Positions 37,980 to 48,014 of a stretch of 64,000 bases of DNA are shown here, one piece after another. The DNA is from Desulfobacterales bacterium. GTDB lineage: Bacteria > Desulfobacterota > Desulfobacteria > Desulfobacterales > UBA5852. Below the pieces are notes generated by a model. It did no database searches. It was given only the letters and a program-made list of their open reading frames with translations, and was not told where the DNA came from. Where the stretch lies: contig CAXXVS010000002.1 of NCBI GenBank assembly GCA_963674755.2, forward strand, positions 2,208,001 to 2,272,000. The letters run 5' to 3'. The translations under genes were made by a program, and so were the position numbers. Position 1 is the first letter of the stretch. The number at the start of each line of letters is the position of its first letter.

Positions 37980-38759
37980 ATGCCCGACTCTAAAAATCTC
38001 ATATCCAGCGAAAGACTGCTCCGGCTTCTGCGACGGGCGACCTCACGGACCGCCCTTCTTTATCTGGCCTTGGGGGCATTACTGCTCGTCGCTGTAATTG
38101 TGGCGGGCCGCGAAATCGAGCAGCACATCAATACGATCGAATCCTGGCTGGCCGGCATCGGCCCGTGGGGCATTATGGCCTTCATCGGCCTGTTCGTTGT
38201 GACGACGTCGTTTCTGGTGCCGGACACCGTGCTGTGCCTCGTCGCGGGCGCCCTTTTCGGGTTGTACGGGGGTATAGCGGCGGTGCTGGTGGGCAACGTG
38301 CTGGCGGCGCCGCTGCAATTCGCCCTCGCGCACAAGCTCATGCGGGCACCCATCCAGCGCATGCTGGCCAAGCGGCCCTCCCTGGCCGCCATCCAGGACG
38401 CTGTCGTTCGGGACGCCTTTCGCCTGCAGGTGCTGCTGCGCCTGACGCCCTTGAACCCCGCCACCATCAGCTACCTTCTCGGGGCCGCCGGCGTCCGGTT
38501 TGCCGGGTTCATCGTGGCCTGCCTGGCGTCATCCCCCAACCTGATGATCGAAGTCTATTTCGGGTACGCCGGCAAGCAGGCCGCCATGCTGGCCGGCGGT
38601 AGAGCAAAAGCCACCCAGCTGCACGACCTGGCCATCATCGGCGGATTCGTGGCGTGCGTGGTCGTCATGATTGTCCTGTCGCGCATGGCCCGCAAAGCCG
38701 TTATGCAGGCGGTGGCGAAAAGCGATAACGGCGAAGCGCGCCCGGCACCGCAGGAGTAA
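37980..38759 (+). CDS. TVP38/TMEM64 (VTT/DedA) family membrane protein
   Basis: Motifs VP...L...AGALFG and LLRLTP.P...SY..G; multiple TM segments; ATG 37980. Confidence 0.85.
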   Translation: MPDSKNLISSERLLRLLRRATSRTALLYLALGALLLVAVIVAGREIEQHINTIESWLAGIGPWGIMAFIGLFVVTTSFLVPDTVLCLVAGALFGLYGGIAAVLVGNVLAAPLQFALAHKLMRAPIQRMLAKRPSLAAIQDAVVRDAFRLQVLLRLTPLNPATISYLLGAAGVRFAGFIVACLASSPNLMIEVYFGYAGKQAAMLAGGRAKATQLHDLAIIGGFVACVVVMIVLSRMARKAVMQAVAKSDNGEARPAPQE

Positions 38760-39202
38760 CACGATTATACCTGGAGCCATGGACCATATCGGGAACATAG
38801 ATCCGCGGCGGGCTGGTGCATCAGTTGCACGCACCAGGTAAAGCGTTGGTGCCCCAAGGTGAATGATCAATTGATTCGGAAAGCCTTTTTCTTCCCATTT
38901 TGCACCTCAGGAATGTCTGCCTAAAAAAGCATCGTTAACATTGGGAATTTCATCGTAAGCCTATCGTTTCCTGATCTATCAGAACGGCGAGGCCTGCATC
39001 TCCTGCCCCCTGATCGGTAGAACCGCGCCACATCCTCCACCAGATGTGGCGGGTTAGGATCAAAACCAATACCTGTGCCGCGCTTTAGCAAATATCAAGC
39101 CGGGGCAAAAACGGCGCCGTCATGCCCACCGGAAGCATGAACGGCGCTATTGATTTGGACGGTCCTGAATGTGGGCGTGAACCGCAGGTTTTATACGGTG
39201 CG

Positions 39203-40045
39203 TTAGGGTGCCACGGTGATCGTGAATTTGATCGAATTGTTGTGCTCGTTGTGCTCCTGGACATCATCCTGGGTATCCACGAAAAACGCCACCACGTACT
39301 TGCCGGGCCGGGTCGTGTTCCACATCCGGGCCACCACATATTGCTGGCTCTGGGGGGTGGTCACATCCAGGTGGCCCACAGAGGCCGCATCCTTGGGCTG
39401 GCTTTCGCCCCCGATCCGCACCCCGGTCCGGAAGGCGCCGGAAGGGATATCCCCGATGTTGTTGATGGTGGCCGTGAGAAAAATCTGATCGTTCACGGTG
39501 GGGTTGGCCGGCTTTACCCGGGGATTGACGAGCGTGAGGTCCGGCAGAATGTCTTTGACCCTGAAATCCTTGAACGTAGAATTGTTGTTTTCCTTGCTTT
39601 CGGCCACCGATCCGTTGGCATCGGCGATGAAGGCCGCCCGAAAATTGCCGGCGGTGGACATCACCTGATAGCGCGTGATGGTATGGACCGCGTTGGGGGC
39701 CAGGACAGGCACGGGATAGGTTTGAGGCTTAGACTCCCCGCCCACGCGGATGCCACCCTGGGACGCCGCGGCGGACGCCAGCCCTTTGTTCACAATCCGG
39801 GCGGTGAACCGGACCGTGTCCCCCTTCTTCGGATTGGACGGATAAATCTGCATCATCATAATCTGCAGATCCGGTTTGGGCCGGGCAATATGACCCGTGT
39901 CCACCTGTTGGGGCGTTCGCACGGCCTTGGGCGCCTTTTGCAGCACGGCGGGATTGAGTTTGCGGACCTCGGCACTGTGCACCGGCATCGCCAGACCGGC
40001 CACGAAAACCGCCGCTGACATGGTGAGGATGAGTCGCTTTAGCAT
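39203..40045 (-). CDS. Secreted protein with two CARDB domains
   Basis: Signal peptide; two repeats of PDL...P.NP...D...TA.I.N.G...D....V.E..E.NN. Confidence 0.85.
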   Translation of the reverse strand: MLKRLILTMSAAVFVAGLAMPVHSAEVRKLNPAVLQKAPKAVRTPQQVDTGHIARPKPDLQIMMMQIYPSNPKKGDTVRFTARIVNKGLASAAASQGGIRVGGESKPQTYPVPVLAPNAVHTITRYQVMSTAGNFRAAFIADANGSVAESKENNNSTFKDFRVKDILPDLTLVNPRVKPANPTVNDQIFLTATINNIGDIPSGAFRTGVRIGGESQPKDAASVGHLDVTTPQSQQYVVARMWNTTRPGKYVVAFFVDTQDDVQEHNEHNNSIKFTITVAP

Positions 40046-40467
40046 GGGATGATATCCTTTCGCTGAGAATTGCATCTTGGGGTTGCCCATCGCGTTTATG
40101 AAGGCCATCGGCATCCACTTTCCTGCAGGTTCAACCATGGGTGCCGCCCATGCTCCGAAAGGTTCAAAATCAGGTTTTAGTCCTGGACCGGCCCGGCAAA
40201 TGCGGCGTTTGCGATGGATGAAGCGCAGAGGGCGGCCATTGGCCCCTGGCGGTCCAATCCCTGTGGCTCCAACCAGCCGCTGCCGGACACCGCCTCCCTC
40301 CCCCGAACTTCTTGTTTTTTCATCGCAATCTGATATTGATACGATCTTGTCGTGCGGTCGATCCGATCAGGATAAGATACCTGCCCTTCGGCGGTGGCCG
40401 TCGTCGCGGACCAGGCCAGGCGCTGTTGGCATGCCCCTATTTTCAGACGGAATTGGATTGTTATTTA

Positions 40468-42384
40468 ATGGAAAAACCCACGTATGAAGCACTGCTGAAA
40501 AAAATCAGCGATCTCGAAGAGAAAGTCGAAATCTACCAGACGCTGGTGGAAAACAGCCCGGACCTGCTCTACCGGACGGATCTCCAGGGACGGATCACGT
40601 TCATATCGTCGTCCGTTTACAGGCTCTCAGGGTATACGGTGGAAGAGGCCGTGGGGATGAAGATCGCGGAAGAGATCTACCTTTTCCCCGAAATGAGGGA
40701 AACGTTCCTGGAAAAATTAAACCAAACCGGGCAGGTCACCAATTTTGAAGCCCAGCTGAAACGTAAAGACGGCTCCACATGGTGGGCGGCATCCAATGCT
40801 CATTTATACCGGAACGAATCCGGGGAAGTCGTCGGCGTAGAGGGTATTACGCGCGATATAAGCGCGATCAAATCCGCCGAAAGGGCCCTGCGCGAGAGTG
40901 AAGAACGGTTTCGACTGACCTTTCACACCAGTCGCGATTCCATCATTTTGACCCGGTCCGCCGACGGGATGATCATTGATATCAACGAAGGATTTACCAA
41001 ATCGCTGGGGTTTACACGCGAGGATGTGGCTGGTGAATCGTCTATTTCCTTGCAAATTTGGAAAAATCCCGCGGACCGGCAGCGTATGATCGAGGGTCTG
41101 GCTCAGAACGGTTTTATTGAAAACCTGGAAGCGGAATTTTCCTGCAAAGATGGGAAGATCCGAATCGGTCTGATGACGGCCTGCATGTTGGAAATCAATG
41201 ACGAAAAGGTGATTTTAGCCATCACCAGAGATATCACCGACAAGAAAAGAATGGAGCGCCAGCTCCAGCAGACCCAAAAGTTCGAGGCGATCGCAACCCT
41301 GGCAGGCGGGGTGGCCCATGACTTCAACAACCTCCTGATGGGCATCCAGGGCCGGATATCGCTAGTGGCGGCGGACCTCGAACCGTTCCATCCCCATTCG
41401 GAACATTTAAGCGCCGTCGAGGAGTATATTCGAACGGCCACCGATCTGACCAAACAGCTCCTGGGATTTGCCCGCGGCGGTCAATATGAAATCAACCCAA
41501 CGGATTTAAACGAATTTTTGATGAACAGCGCCACGATGTTCGGTCGGACCAAAAAGGAAATTCAGATCCACTCCAAGCTGCGGGAACCCTCGCCCGTGGT
41601 GGACATCGACCGATCTCAGATTGATCAGGTGTTACTGAACCTGTTTGTCAACGCATGGCAGGCGATGCCCAAGGGCGGCGATATTTATCTGGAATCTCAG
41701 GTCGTCAGCCTCGATGAGAATTATTGCAAACCCCACCATATCCAACCGGGCCGTTATGCTAAATTTTCGGTCACCGATACCGGCATCGGCATGGATGAAG
41801 CGACCCGCGGCAAGATTTTCGACCCCTTTTTCACCACCAAGGGGAAAAGTCGCGGAACAGGGCTGGGGCTGGCTTCGGCCTACGGCATTATCAAAAATCA
41901 CCACGGCATCATAACGGTCTACAGTGAACCGGGCCAGGGGACGACGTTCACCATCCATCTGCCTCTTTCGGATAAGGCGGCCTTCCAGGAGGACCTTGAA
42001 CAAAAGGGCCTCGTCAAAGGTTCGGGAACCATTCTTCTGGTAGACGATGAGGAAATGATCCTGGGGGTCGGGCGGGCGATGCTGGAAAAACTGGGCTACC
42101 GCGTGATCGTTGCCGGCGGCGGCGAAGAGGCGCTCCATATTGTAGGACGCCAGGAAGAAGACATCGATCTGGTTGTTCTGGACCTCATCATGCCGGGTAT
42201 GCCCGGCGGCCAGGTATTTGACGCCATCCGGGAAATCCGCCCGGATATGCCCATCCTTCTATCGAGCGGCTACTCGATCAACGGCCAGGCCAAAGACATC
42301 ATGGCAAGAGGCTGCAACGGATTTCTCCAGAAACCCTTCAACCTCTCCGAGCTCTCCCAAAAAATTGACCAAGTACTGCATTAG
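40468..42384 (+). CDS. PAS-PAS hybrid sensor histidine kinase / receiver
   Basis: Two PAS/PAC domains, H-box AHDFNN, N-box NLFVNA, DTGIGM, FFTTK, GTGLGL and a C-terminal REC domain. Confidence 0.93.
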   Translation: MEKPTYEALLKKISDLEEKVEIYQTLVENSPDLLYRTDLQGRITFISSSVYRLSGYTVEEAVGMKIAEEIYLFPEMRETFLEKLNQTGQVTNFEAQLKRKDGSTWWAASNAHLYRNESGEVVGVEGITRDISAIKSAERALRESEERFRLTFHTSRDSIILTRSADGMIIDINEGFTKSLGFTREDVAGESSISLQIWKNPADRQRMIEGLAQNGFIENLEAEFSCKDGKIRIGLMTACMLEINDEKVILAITRDITDKKRMERQLQQTQKFEAIATLAGGVAHDFNNLLMGIQGRISLVAADLEPFHPHSEHLSAVEEYIRTATDLTKQLLGFARGGQYEINPTDLNEFLMNSATMFGRTKKEIQIHSKLREPSPVVDIDRSQIDQVLLNLFVNAWQAMPKGGDIYLESQVVSLDENYCKPHHIQPGRYAKFSVTDTGIGMDEATRGKIFDPFFTTKGKSRGTGLGLASAYGIIKNHHGIITVYSEPGQGTTFTIHLPLSDKAAFQEDLEQKGLVKGSGTILLVDDEEMILGVGRAMLEKLGYRVIVAGGGEEALHIVGRQEEDIDLVVLDLIMPGMPGGQVFDAIREIRPDMPILLSSGYSINGQAKDIMARGCNGFLQKPFNLSELSQKIDQVLH

Positions 42385-42506
42385 CGTCCTGTTCATTGCC
42401 AACCGGGAGCGCTTCTTGGGCAACCTTTCATGGAAAAGCGGCCTGTCCCCTCTCCGTTAGTGACCCGGGAAACACCCACATCGAACCCCATGCAACGGGC
42501 CCATCT

Positions 42507-42782
42507 TCAGGACATCGGCCGGATGCGCACCTCGATCCCTTCCCGGTCTTCGAGCAGTTCCGTGAGCCGGGCCGGGTCCGTCTCGCCGAAATGATAGGGG
42601 TAAAGAATTTTGGGCTGAAAGGGTCGACTGGATGACCCGGCCCTCGAATATCAGATAAAGGGAACCGTGGCCGATGAAGGTGATCGCCAGGTCACCCGCA
42701 GTGGTCGGAAAGACATCCTTTTCAAAAGCCCCGCGGTCCCGACGGGCACGGCACACAGGACGGCGGCCGTCATCAGGCGCAT
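42507..42782 (-). pseudogene. MBL-fold metallo-hydrolase pseudogene with a large internal deletion
   Basis: The N-terminus FEKDVFPTTAGDLAITFIGHGSL is joined directly to the C-terminus FQPKILYPYHFGETD...IEVRIRPMS*; no HxHxDH core; additional frameshifts. Confidence 0.7.
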
Positions 42783-42977
42783 GAATGGATTAAGACGTTC
42801 TTCTTTGCTTTAACCGATAAAATCGCTTTCGCTTGTCTGGAAACGTCGAAAAGCTTCCCGAAAGGGTATAGAAACAATGATTGAAGGTTAGCAAACAGAT
42901 TTTTTCAACAGGTCGTTAGGTGGCAGGATTGCTGATCCTCCCCGGATGAGGCCTATAGGGAGTCCGCCTGAGGCGGT

Positions 42978-43880
42978 CTACTCTTCCGGTCCATCCATAT
43001 CGGGATAAATTCTCCTAAAGCATTCCGGGCAGATGCCATGGCTGAAGGCCGCATCGGAATGCTCCTCAATGTAGGCCTCTATCTGGTTCCAGTAGCCCTT
43101 GTCGTCGCGGATCTTCTTGCAGGCGGAACAGATGGGCAGCAGCCCGCTCAGCGTCCGGACCTTGGCGATCGCCGCCTGCAATTCCGTGATGAGCTGTTTG
43201 CGTTCTTCGATTTCACGCCGCAGTTGCCCGTTGGTCGCCTCCAGCTCGGCCGTGCGTTCTTCCAGCCGATCGGCAAAGGCTTCCTTCAAGGCGATGAGTT
43301 CTTTATTCGCGGCGTTGATGCGCCTGGCCGTGGTGTAGGTCAAAATGCCAAAGAGGGTCGTCATGGCGCCCATGCCCATGTGAAGCGTGTCGCCGATCGC
43401 AAAGAAGCGAATGGCGATGGGGACCAGGGCCGGGATGCTGAAGGACAGGAAGACCGGCAAAAGCGGGGAAAAAACGCCCACCGCGCCTGCCACCATGCCC
43501 GCCAGAACGAAGGCGATGAAGACCTGGTGGGCGACCGAGTACAGCGGAAAAAGGAAAAGGCCGCTCGCCCCCCACAGCATACCGGCGATACCCAATCCCA
43601 GGATGAGAAGTTGCCCCCACCCCCGTATGGCTTCCTTGGTGTCAGGCGCTGTCAGGAATCGGCGGTTCAGCAGGAAGCGGATGAAGGATACCAGCAGGAG
43701 GGCCGTCAACCATACGATCAGTCGCCGGTGCGAAATTTGCTCCCACAGGACAGCGACAAAGATGGCCGCATTCACGATCGTGGCAACGATCCCGATGTTC
43801 GCGCGGGCGTAGATCTGGCCGACCAGAACAGGATAGATCCGCTCATCGAACGCGCGGAGGGTTTCTTGGCGGCGGTTCAT
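42978..43880 (-). CDS. Multi-TM sensor-like protein with coiled coil and a C-terminal Cys/His (CxxC...HGICPxC) domain
   Basis: About 5-6 TM segments followed by LSGLLPICSACKKIRDDKGYW...FSHGICPEC. Confidence 0.8.
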   Translation of the reverse strand: MNRRQETLRAFDERIYPVLVGQIYARANIGIVATIVNAAIFVAVLWEQISHRRLIVWLTALLLVSFIRFLLNRRFLTAPDTKEAIRGWGQLLILGLGIAGMLWGASGLFLFPLYSVAHQVFIAFVLAGMVAGAVGVFSPLLPVFLSFSIPALVPIAIRFFAIGDTLHMGMGAMTTLFGILTYTTARRINAANKELIALKEAFADRLEERTAELEATNGQLRREIEERKQLITELQAAIAKVRTLSGLLPICSACKKIRDDKGYWNQIEAYIEEHSDAAFSHGICPECFRRIYPDMDGPEE

Positions 43881-44055
43881 AAGGACATCATAATCAATCC
43901 GGCAGCCGCTGTCACGAAGGTTGTAAAAAGGGGGTACCGATTGTCGAGGCCGTCAGGCTTCGATCTCCAGAGCGACTTTTTCCACCTTGGCCAGATCACG
44001 GCGGTAAAAGGCAGCCCCGGCAAATTCCAACCGGCGGATATCCGCCTCCCCCATA

Positions 44056-44088
44056 AAAGAAAGGGAGGCGCGTGACCTCCCTTTCTTT
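44056..44088 (-). terminator. Intrinsic terminator closing the cytochrome-rhodanese unit
   Basis: Perfect 13-bp stem AAAGAAAGGGAGG-N7-CCTCCCTTTCTTT, 24 bp after the rhodanese stop. Confidence 0.8.
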
Positions 44089-44112
44089 GCGATGAACCGA
44101 CTTTTCGTAGAC

Positions 44113-44739
44113 TTACTTGCTGGCCACCTTGAGCTGGTCATCTTTTTCAGCGGCCGCCATCTTGTCCACGTCCGGCTTGTACATGAGGGCCGTGTCCATG
44201 CTGTAGGTCCAGGGCAGGCCCTCCCGCTGCCAGCCGCCGTCCCAGCGCTGGCCATAGAAGATGCTGGCCTTGTTTTTGTTCTTGCCGCCTTCGAAGCCGC
44301 CCATCAGGTTGAAAACCTTGTCTTCGGGCCAGCCGGCTTTGATGGCCTCGTTGCATCCCGCGCAGCTGCGGTTGCCGCTGCGGCAGAGGATGATCAGGGT
44401 GTCGGTCTGCGGGTTGAAACGCGCCAGCAGGTCCTTGCCGAAATCGGGGTTGTCCACCTCGACATAGCCCTTCTTGCCGACCTTGCTGGAGAGGAAACGG
44501 ATGGGGACGTTGTAGGCTCCCTCGGGGTGGCCCACGAACTGGTACTCCGCCCTGGTCCGGCAGTCCACCAGGAAGGTGTGCTCCGGGTTCTTCTTCAGCA
44601 TCTCAAAAGCATCGAGCGGGGTGACATCGCCGCCCAGGTGGGGTTTGTTGGCCTCGTAAGCAAAACCGGCCAGGGTCGGGGCGGCCACCATAACCAGCAT
44701 GGCCGCGACAAACGCTGTCAACCAAAATGCTTTTTTCAT
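44113..44739 (-). CDS. Exported rhodanese-domain sulfurtransferase
   Basis: Signal peptide; LVDCRT.AEY..VGH, active-site loop CRSGNR, NLMGGFEG and GW...GLPW; AAGGAG RBS. Confidence 0.9.
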   Translation of the reverse strand: MKKAFWLTAFVAAMLVMVAAPTLAGFAYEANKPHLGGDVTPLDAFEMLKKNPEHTFLVDCRTRAEYQFVGHPEGAYNVPIRFLSSKVGKKGYVEVDNPDFGKDLLARFNPQTDTLIILCRSGNRSCAGCNEAIKAGWPEDKVFNLMGGFEGGKNKNKASIFYGQRWDGGWQREGLPWTYSMDTALMYKPDVDKMAAAEKDDQLKVASK

Positions 44740-44789
44740 AACGTATCTCCTTTCCCCTTTTTTAATGGATAGGGCCGGAAAACCGGCAG

Positions 44790-46139
44790 TTAGTCCGGGG
44801 GCCCTGTGTCGTTCGCCTGGATCGGCGGTATCATTTCGTCCGGAACCACCACGTCGGCGTTGGCCGCAACCTCCCGCTCATCCAAATCACGGATCCCCAG
44901 GAAAAGCGCGCGCCGGCCGTGGCAATTGTTGCAGGACTTGTTCTGGGGTGTGATGCGCCGGATGGAATGGGGCGCCGCGTCCGTCCAGGTGGGGTATTGC
45001 GCAAATTCTTTGAGGGCGCCCGGGCTGTAAAAGTCGAAGGTTCCCGGGACCACGGGCGGATGATGTTTGACCGTAAAGGTATAAGGACGCTCCGGTGTGG
45101 GATGAGGATTGCGGCCGATCTTGAAATCCAGCTCGGTTTTTTGGCACTTGAAATAGGCCATGCCTTTGGCATCGGCGCCCACATGACAGCTGTAGCACTG
45201 CTTGATGGGCTGGGCATGGCAGACCTGGCAGGCGGTTTTGCCGCGATGGATCCGGTGGGAAGGTATGGGCGCGTCTTCCGCGGCCGCCTCCGGATGGCAA
45301 GCCTCGCAGCGGGGTCGGGTGGCCGACGTGTGCCGGGTGGCGTCCTCACCGGCCGGCGCATGCATCTGGCCGGCTTGGTGGCAATCCATGCAGGTCATAT
45401 CCTCGTCCGCGAAATGGGTATCGGCAGCAAGATCCTTATTGAGTCCGGTGAATTCACCGAAAATGCGCCCGCCGTGGCAGCTGGCGCAGGTGGTCTCCAT
45501 GGGCGGTGTCTTGCGGAACTGGTGCTGCGCCAGAAAGCCGCCGTTCACGTAGTTCGGCCGGCTCACATGGCACTGGCCGCAGCTGGCGTGGCATTGGCTG
45601 CAGTGTCGCTCCCGGGCGGTTTCCATGGCGGCCTGCACCTTCTGGTCGGCCGGTCCCATGCGGCGGGCAATGGCGTTTCCGATGGGGGCAATCGTATAGT
45701 GGAGGCTTGCGGGGGCGGCGGCGCTGATGTCGGGATGACATTCACCGCAGGCGCCTTCCGGATCGGGAAAGGTGGGATCTTTGATCAGGCCCCGGTGGGC
45801 GGTCTGCCAATTCGGGTCTTGCGGGTTGCCGCCATGGCAGTCCACGCACGCAATCTGGCCGTGATCGCTATCGAGAAAGGCTTTGGCTACGTAAATCTTT
45901 TCGTAAGGCTCCAACGGAGCCAGAGGCCCCCCTCAGCCCTCGCCTTCGTTTTCAGCGGACACCTCGGGTTTCCCGCGGACCTTTTCCACCTCCCAGCCCA
46001 AACGGATGAGCTTCTTGACATCGGTATGGCACTGCACGCAGGTGCTGGCCGGCAACGGCTGACCGGCTGGCAGACATGGAAGGCCAAAAACACCCAGGGC
46101 GATGACGAACGCCCCCCTCAGATATCCGGCATGTTTCAT
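44790..46139 (-). CDS. Putative selenocysteine-containing multiheme cytochrome c (449 aa, 11 CxxCH, Sec at codon 69)
   Basis: ORFs 45933-46169 and 44790-45914 are in the same frame, separated only by TGA at 45933-45935 (..ENEGEG-U-GGPLAPLEPYEK..). The RBS, signal peptide and first CxxCH lie upstream of the TGA and ten CxxCH lie downstream. A SECIS-like hairpin follows the TGA. Confidence 0.85.
45907..45921 (-). promoter_or_regulatory. Candidate bacterial SECIS element
   Basis: mRNA reads UGA-GGGGGGCCUCU-GGCUCC-GUU-GGAGCC: a perfect 6-bp stem starting after an 11-nt spacer, with an apical loop beginning GU. Confidence 0.75.
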
Positions 46140-46402
46140 AGCGGCTCCTTGGCAATCGATTGGAAACAACGATACCAGATCAGGTCCGAATTTCCCGCTG
46201 AAGAAGAAGTAAATGCCGAAATGGGCAATATCCCATATATCAGGCCGATGTCAATGGGATAGTGCTCATATCAATTCCCTCTGGCGCAACCCACCGTTCA
46301 CGCCCCCCTGCCGGGCGAGACGTTGTCGATCCAACCACATGGAAAACGCACCGGAAGCCGACCAAAAGGCCGTCCGGTTTGTCACCGTCTACCCAACACG
46401 AT

Positions 46403-46666
46403 TCAATCCGAATCCATATAGCGCTCGCCCACCGGGACAGGCTCACCCGGACGCCAGGTCGAAAAATCCTTGGGCGCCACCAGGTCCTTGGCCCGGACAT
46501 GCTTGTCGATCCAGACGATGCGGGCATGGCATTCCCAAACCCGTTTGCCAAGTTGTCTCATCCGTTTGTTGAGCGCCTTTTCGGCCGCAAGCCGGCTTTT
46601 GTGGACGGAAAGGACTTCCTTCAAAGGGCGTTTGGAATCATTTTCATCATAGATCAACGCATACAT
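46403..46666 (-). CDS. Small hypothetical protein (87 aa)
   Basis: ATG 46666 with a strong AGGAGG RBS; plausible composition (MYALIYDE...WECHARIVW...TWRPGE). Confidence 0.7.
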   Translation of the reverse strand: MYALIYDENDSKRPLKEVLSVHKSRLAAEKALNKRMRQLGKRVWECHARIVWIDKHVRAKDLVAPKDFSTWRPGEPVPVGERYMDSD

Positions 46667-47105
46667 GGTGGACCTCCTATGGCTTGCAGGTAGACCCTTC
46701 AAGGCTGCCGGGACCGGCAACCCAGAGAGAAAGCACAGTTTGGAGGCAGAGCGGTATTCGCAGGCATCCGGAGGCGGGAAGATGTTGGACGCGGTTCCGT
46801 TGAAATCGGCTAGGGCAGGTAGGCGAAAGGCTGCTTCAGGGAGGTGTCAATTTGTGTTCGACGCCCGATCCTGTTGCTCGTAATAGATAATATTACCTGT
46901 AGGTTCTGTGTCAATGGCGGCTGGCCCGGCCGCAAAAAGAAGGCTGGCGTCGATAGGGCGGCCGCCACCGGCCAGCCTGGCATGACTTCCGACGAGCTTT
47001 TTCCCCATCGAGGACGGCGGTTTCATCCTGTAGGCGCGAAGGAAGACAAAAGTTCAAACGAGGGGATAGCGCGGTCGGCGGATAGCCCCTTCGGTGGGAA
47101 GCGAT

Positions 47106-48014
47106 CTATTCCGAAAACAGGGCGGTCACCCGGTTGCGACCGTCCTCCTTGGATTGGTACATGGCCGTATCGGCCCGTTTGACGAAAACCGTGATATCTT
47201 CGGTGGGGCGGTACTGAGTCACGCCGATGCTGACCGTTACCGTGACGTCGCCCTCGGCCTGGGGATGGAATTTTTCCACCTGCACAGCGCTTTTAATACG
47301 GTGGGCCACCGTTTCCGCTTCCTCGCCGGTGGTCTCGGGCAGGATCACGGTAAACTCTTCCCCGCCGTAACGATAGGCCGTATCCAGCTTCCGCAGGCAG
47401 CTTTCGATGAGCTGGGCCAGACGAACGAGTACTTTGTCGCCCTCGAGATGGCCGAAGCTGTCGTTGTACTCCTTGAAGTGGTCGATATCCAGCAGGAGCA
47501 ATGAGAGCGGCGGATTGTAGCGAATCGAGCGGTCGACTTCCAGGGTCAGCTGGTTGTAGAAATGCCGCGAGTTGAAGAGCTTCGTCAGACCGTCGGTGGT
47601 GGCCAGGGTCTGGAGCTGCTCCAGCATCTTGACGCGTTCCTGGGTCAGATGTCGTTCTTTCAGAACGCGTTTCAAGCGCAGCAGCAGTTCCGCAAAACGC
47701 ACCGGTTTGAAAAGAAAATCACTGGCGCCTTTGCTGATGGCTTCCTCGTAGGAGTAATCGGCGCTGTAACCGGTGATGACGATGACATCGGCATCGAAAT
47801 TCTTCTTGATGCGGTCCGTCAGCTCGAGGCCGTCCATCCCCGGCAGCGAAATATCGGAGATCACCACGTCCACGCGATTGGCGTCCAGGATGTCCAGGGC
47901 TTCTTCGGCACTGCCCGCAGCAAGCGCTTCATAACCCGACATGCCGATGAATTCATGCATCGTATCGCGAATACCGGCGTCATCATCCACAATCAGAATG
48001 CAGGTATCTTCCAT
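47106..48014 (-). CDS. Response-regulator diguanylate cyclase (REC-GGDEF)
   Basis: ILIVDDD, DI..PGMDG and KP motifs; TDGLT, DIDHFK.YND..GH..GD, RKLD I-site and YGGEEF. Confidence 0.93.
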   Translation of the reverse strand: MEDTCILIVDDDAGIRDTMHEFIGMSGYEALAAGSAEEALDILDANRVDVVISDISLPGMDGLELTDRIKKNFDADVIVITGYSADYSYEEAISKGASDFLFKPVRFAELLLRLKRVLKERHLTQERVKMLEQLQTLATTDGLTKLFNSRHFYNQLTLEVDRSIRYNPPLSLLLLDIDHFKEYNDSFGHLEGDKVLVRLAQLIESCLRKLDTAYRYGGEEFTVILPETTGEEAETVAHRIKSAVQVEKFHPQAEGDVTVTVSIGVTQYRPTEDITVFVKRADTAMYQSKEDGRNRVTALFSE

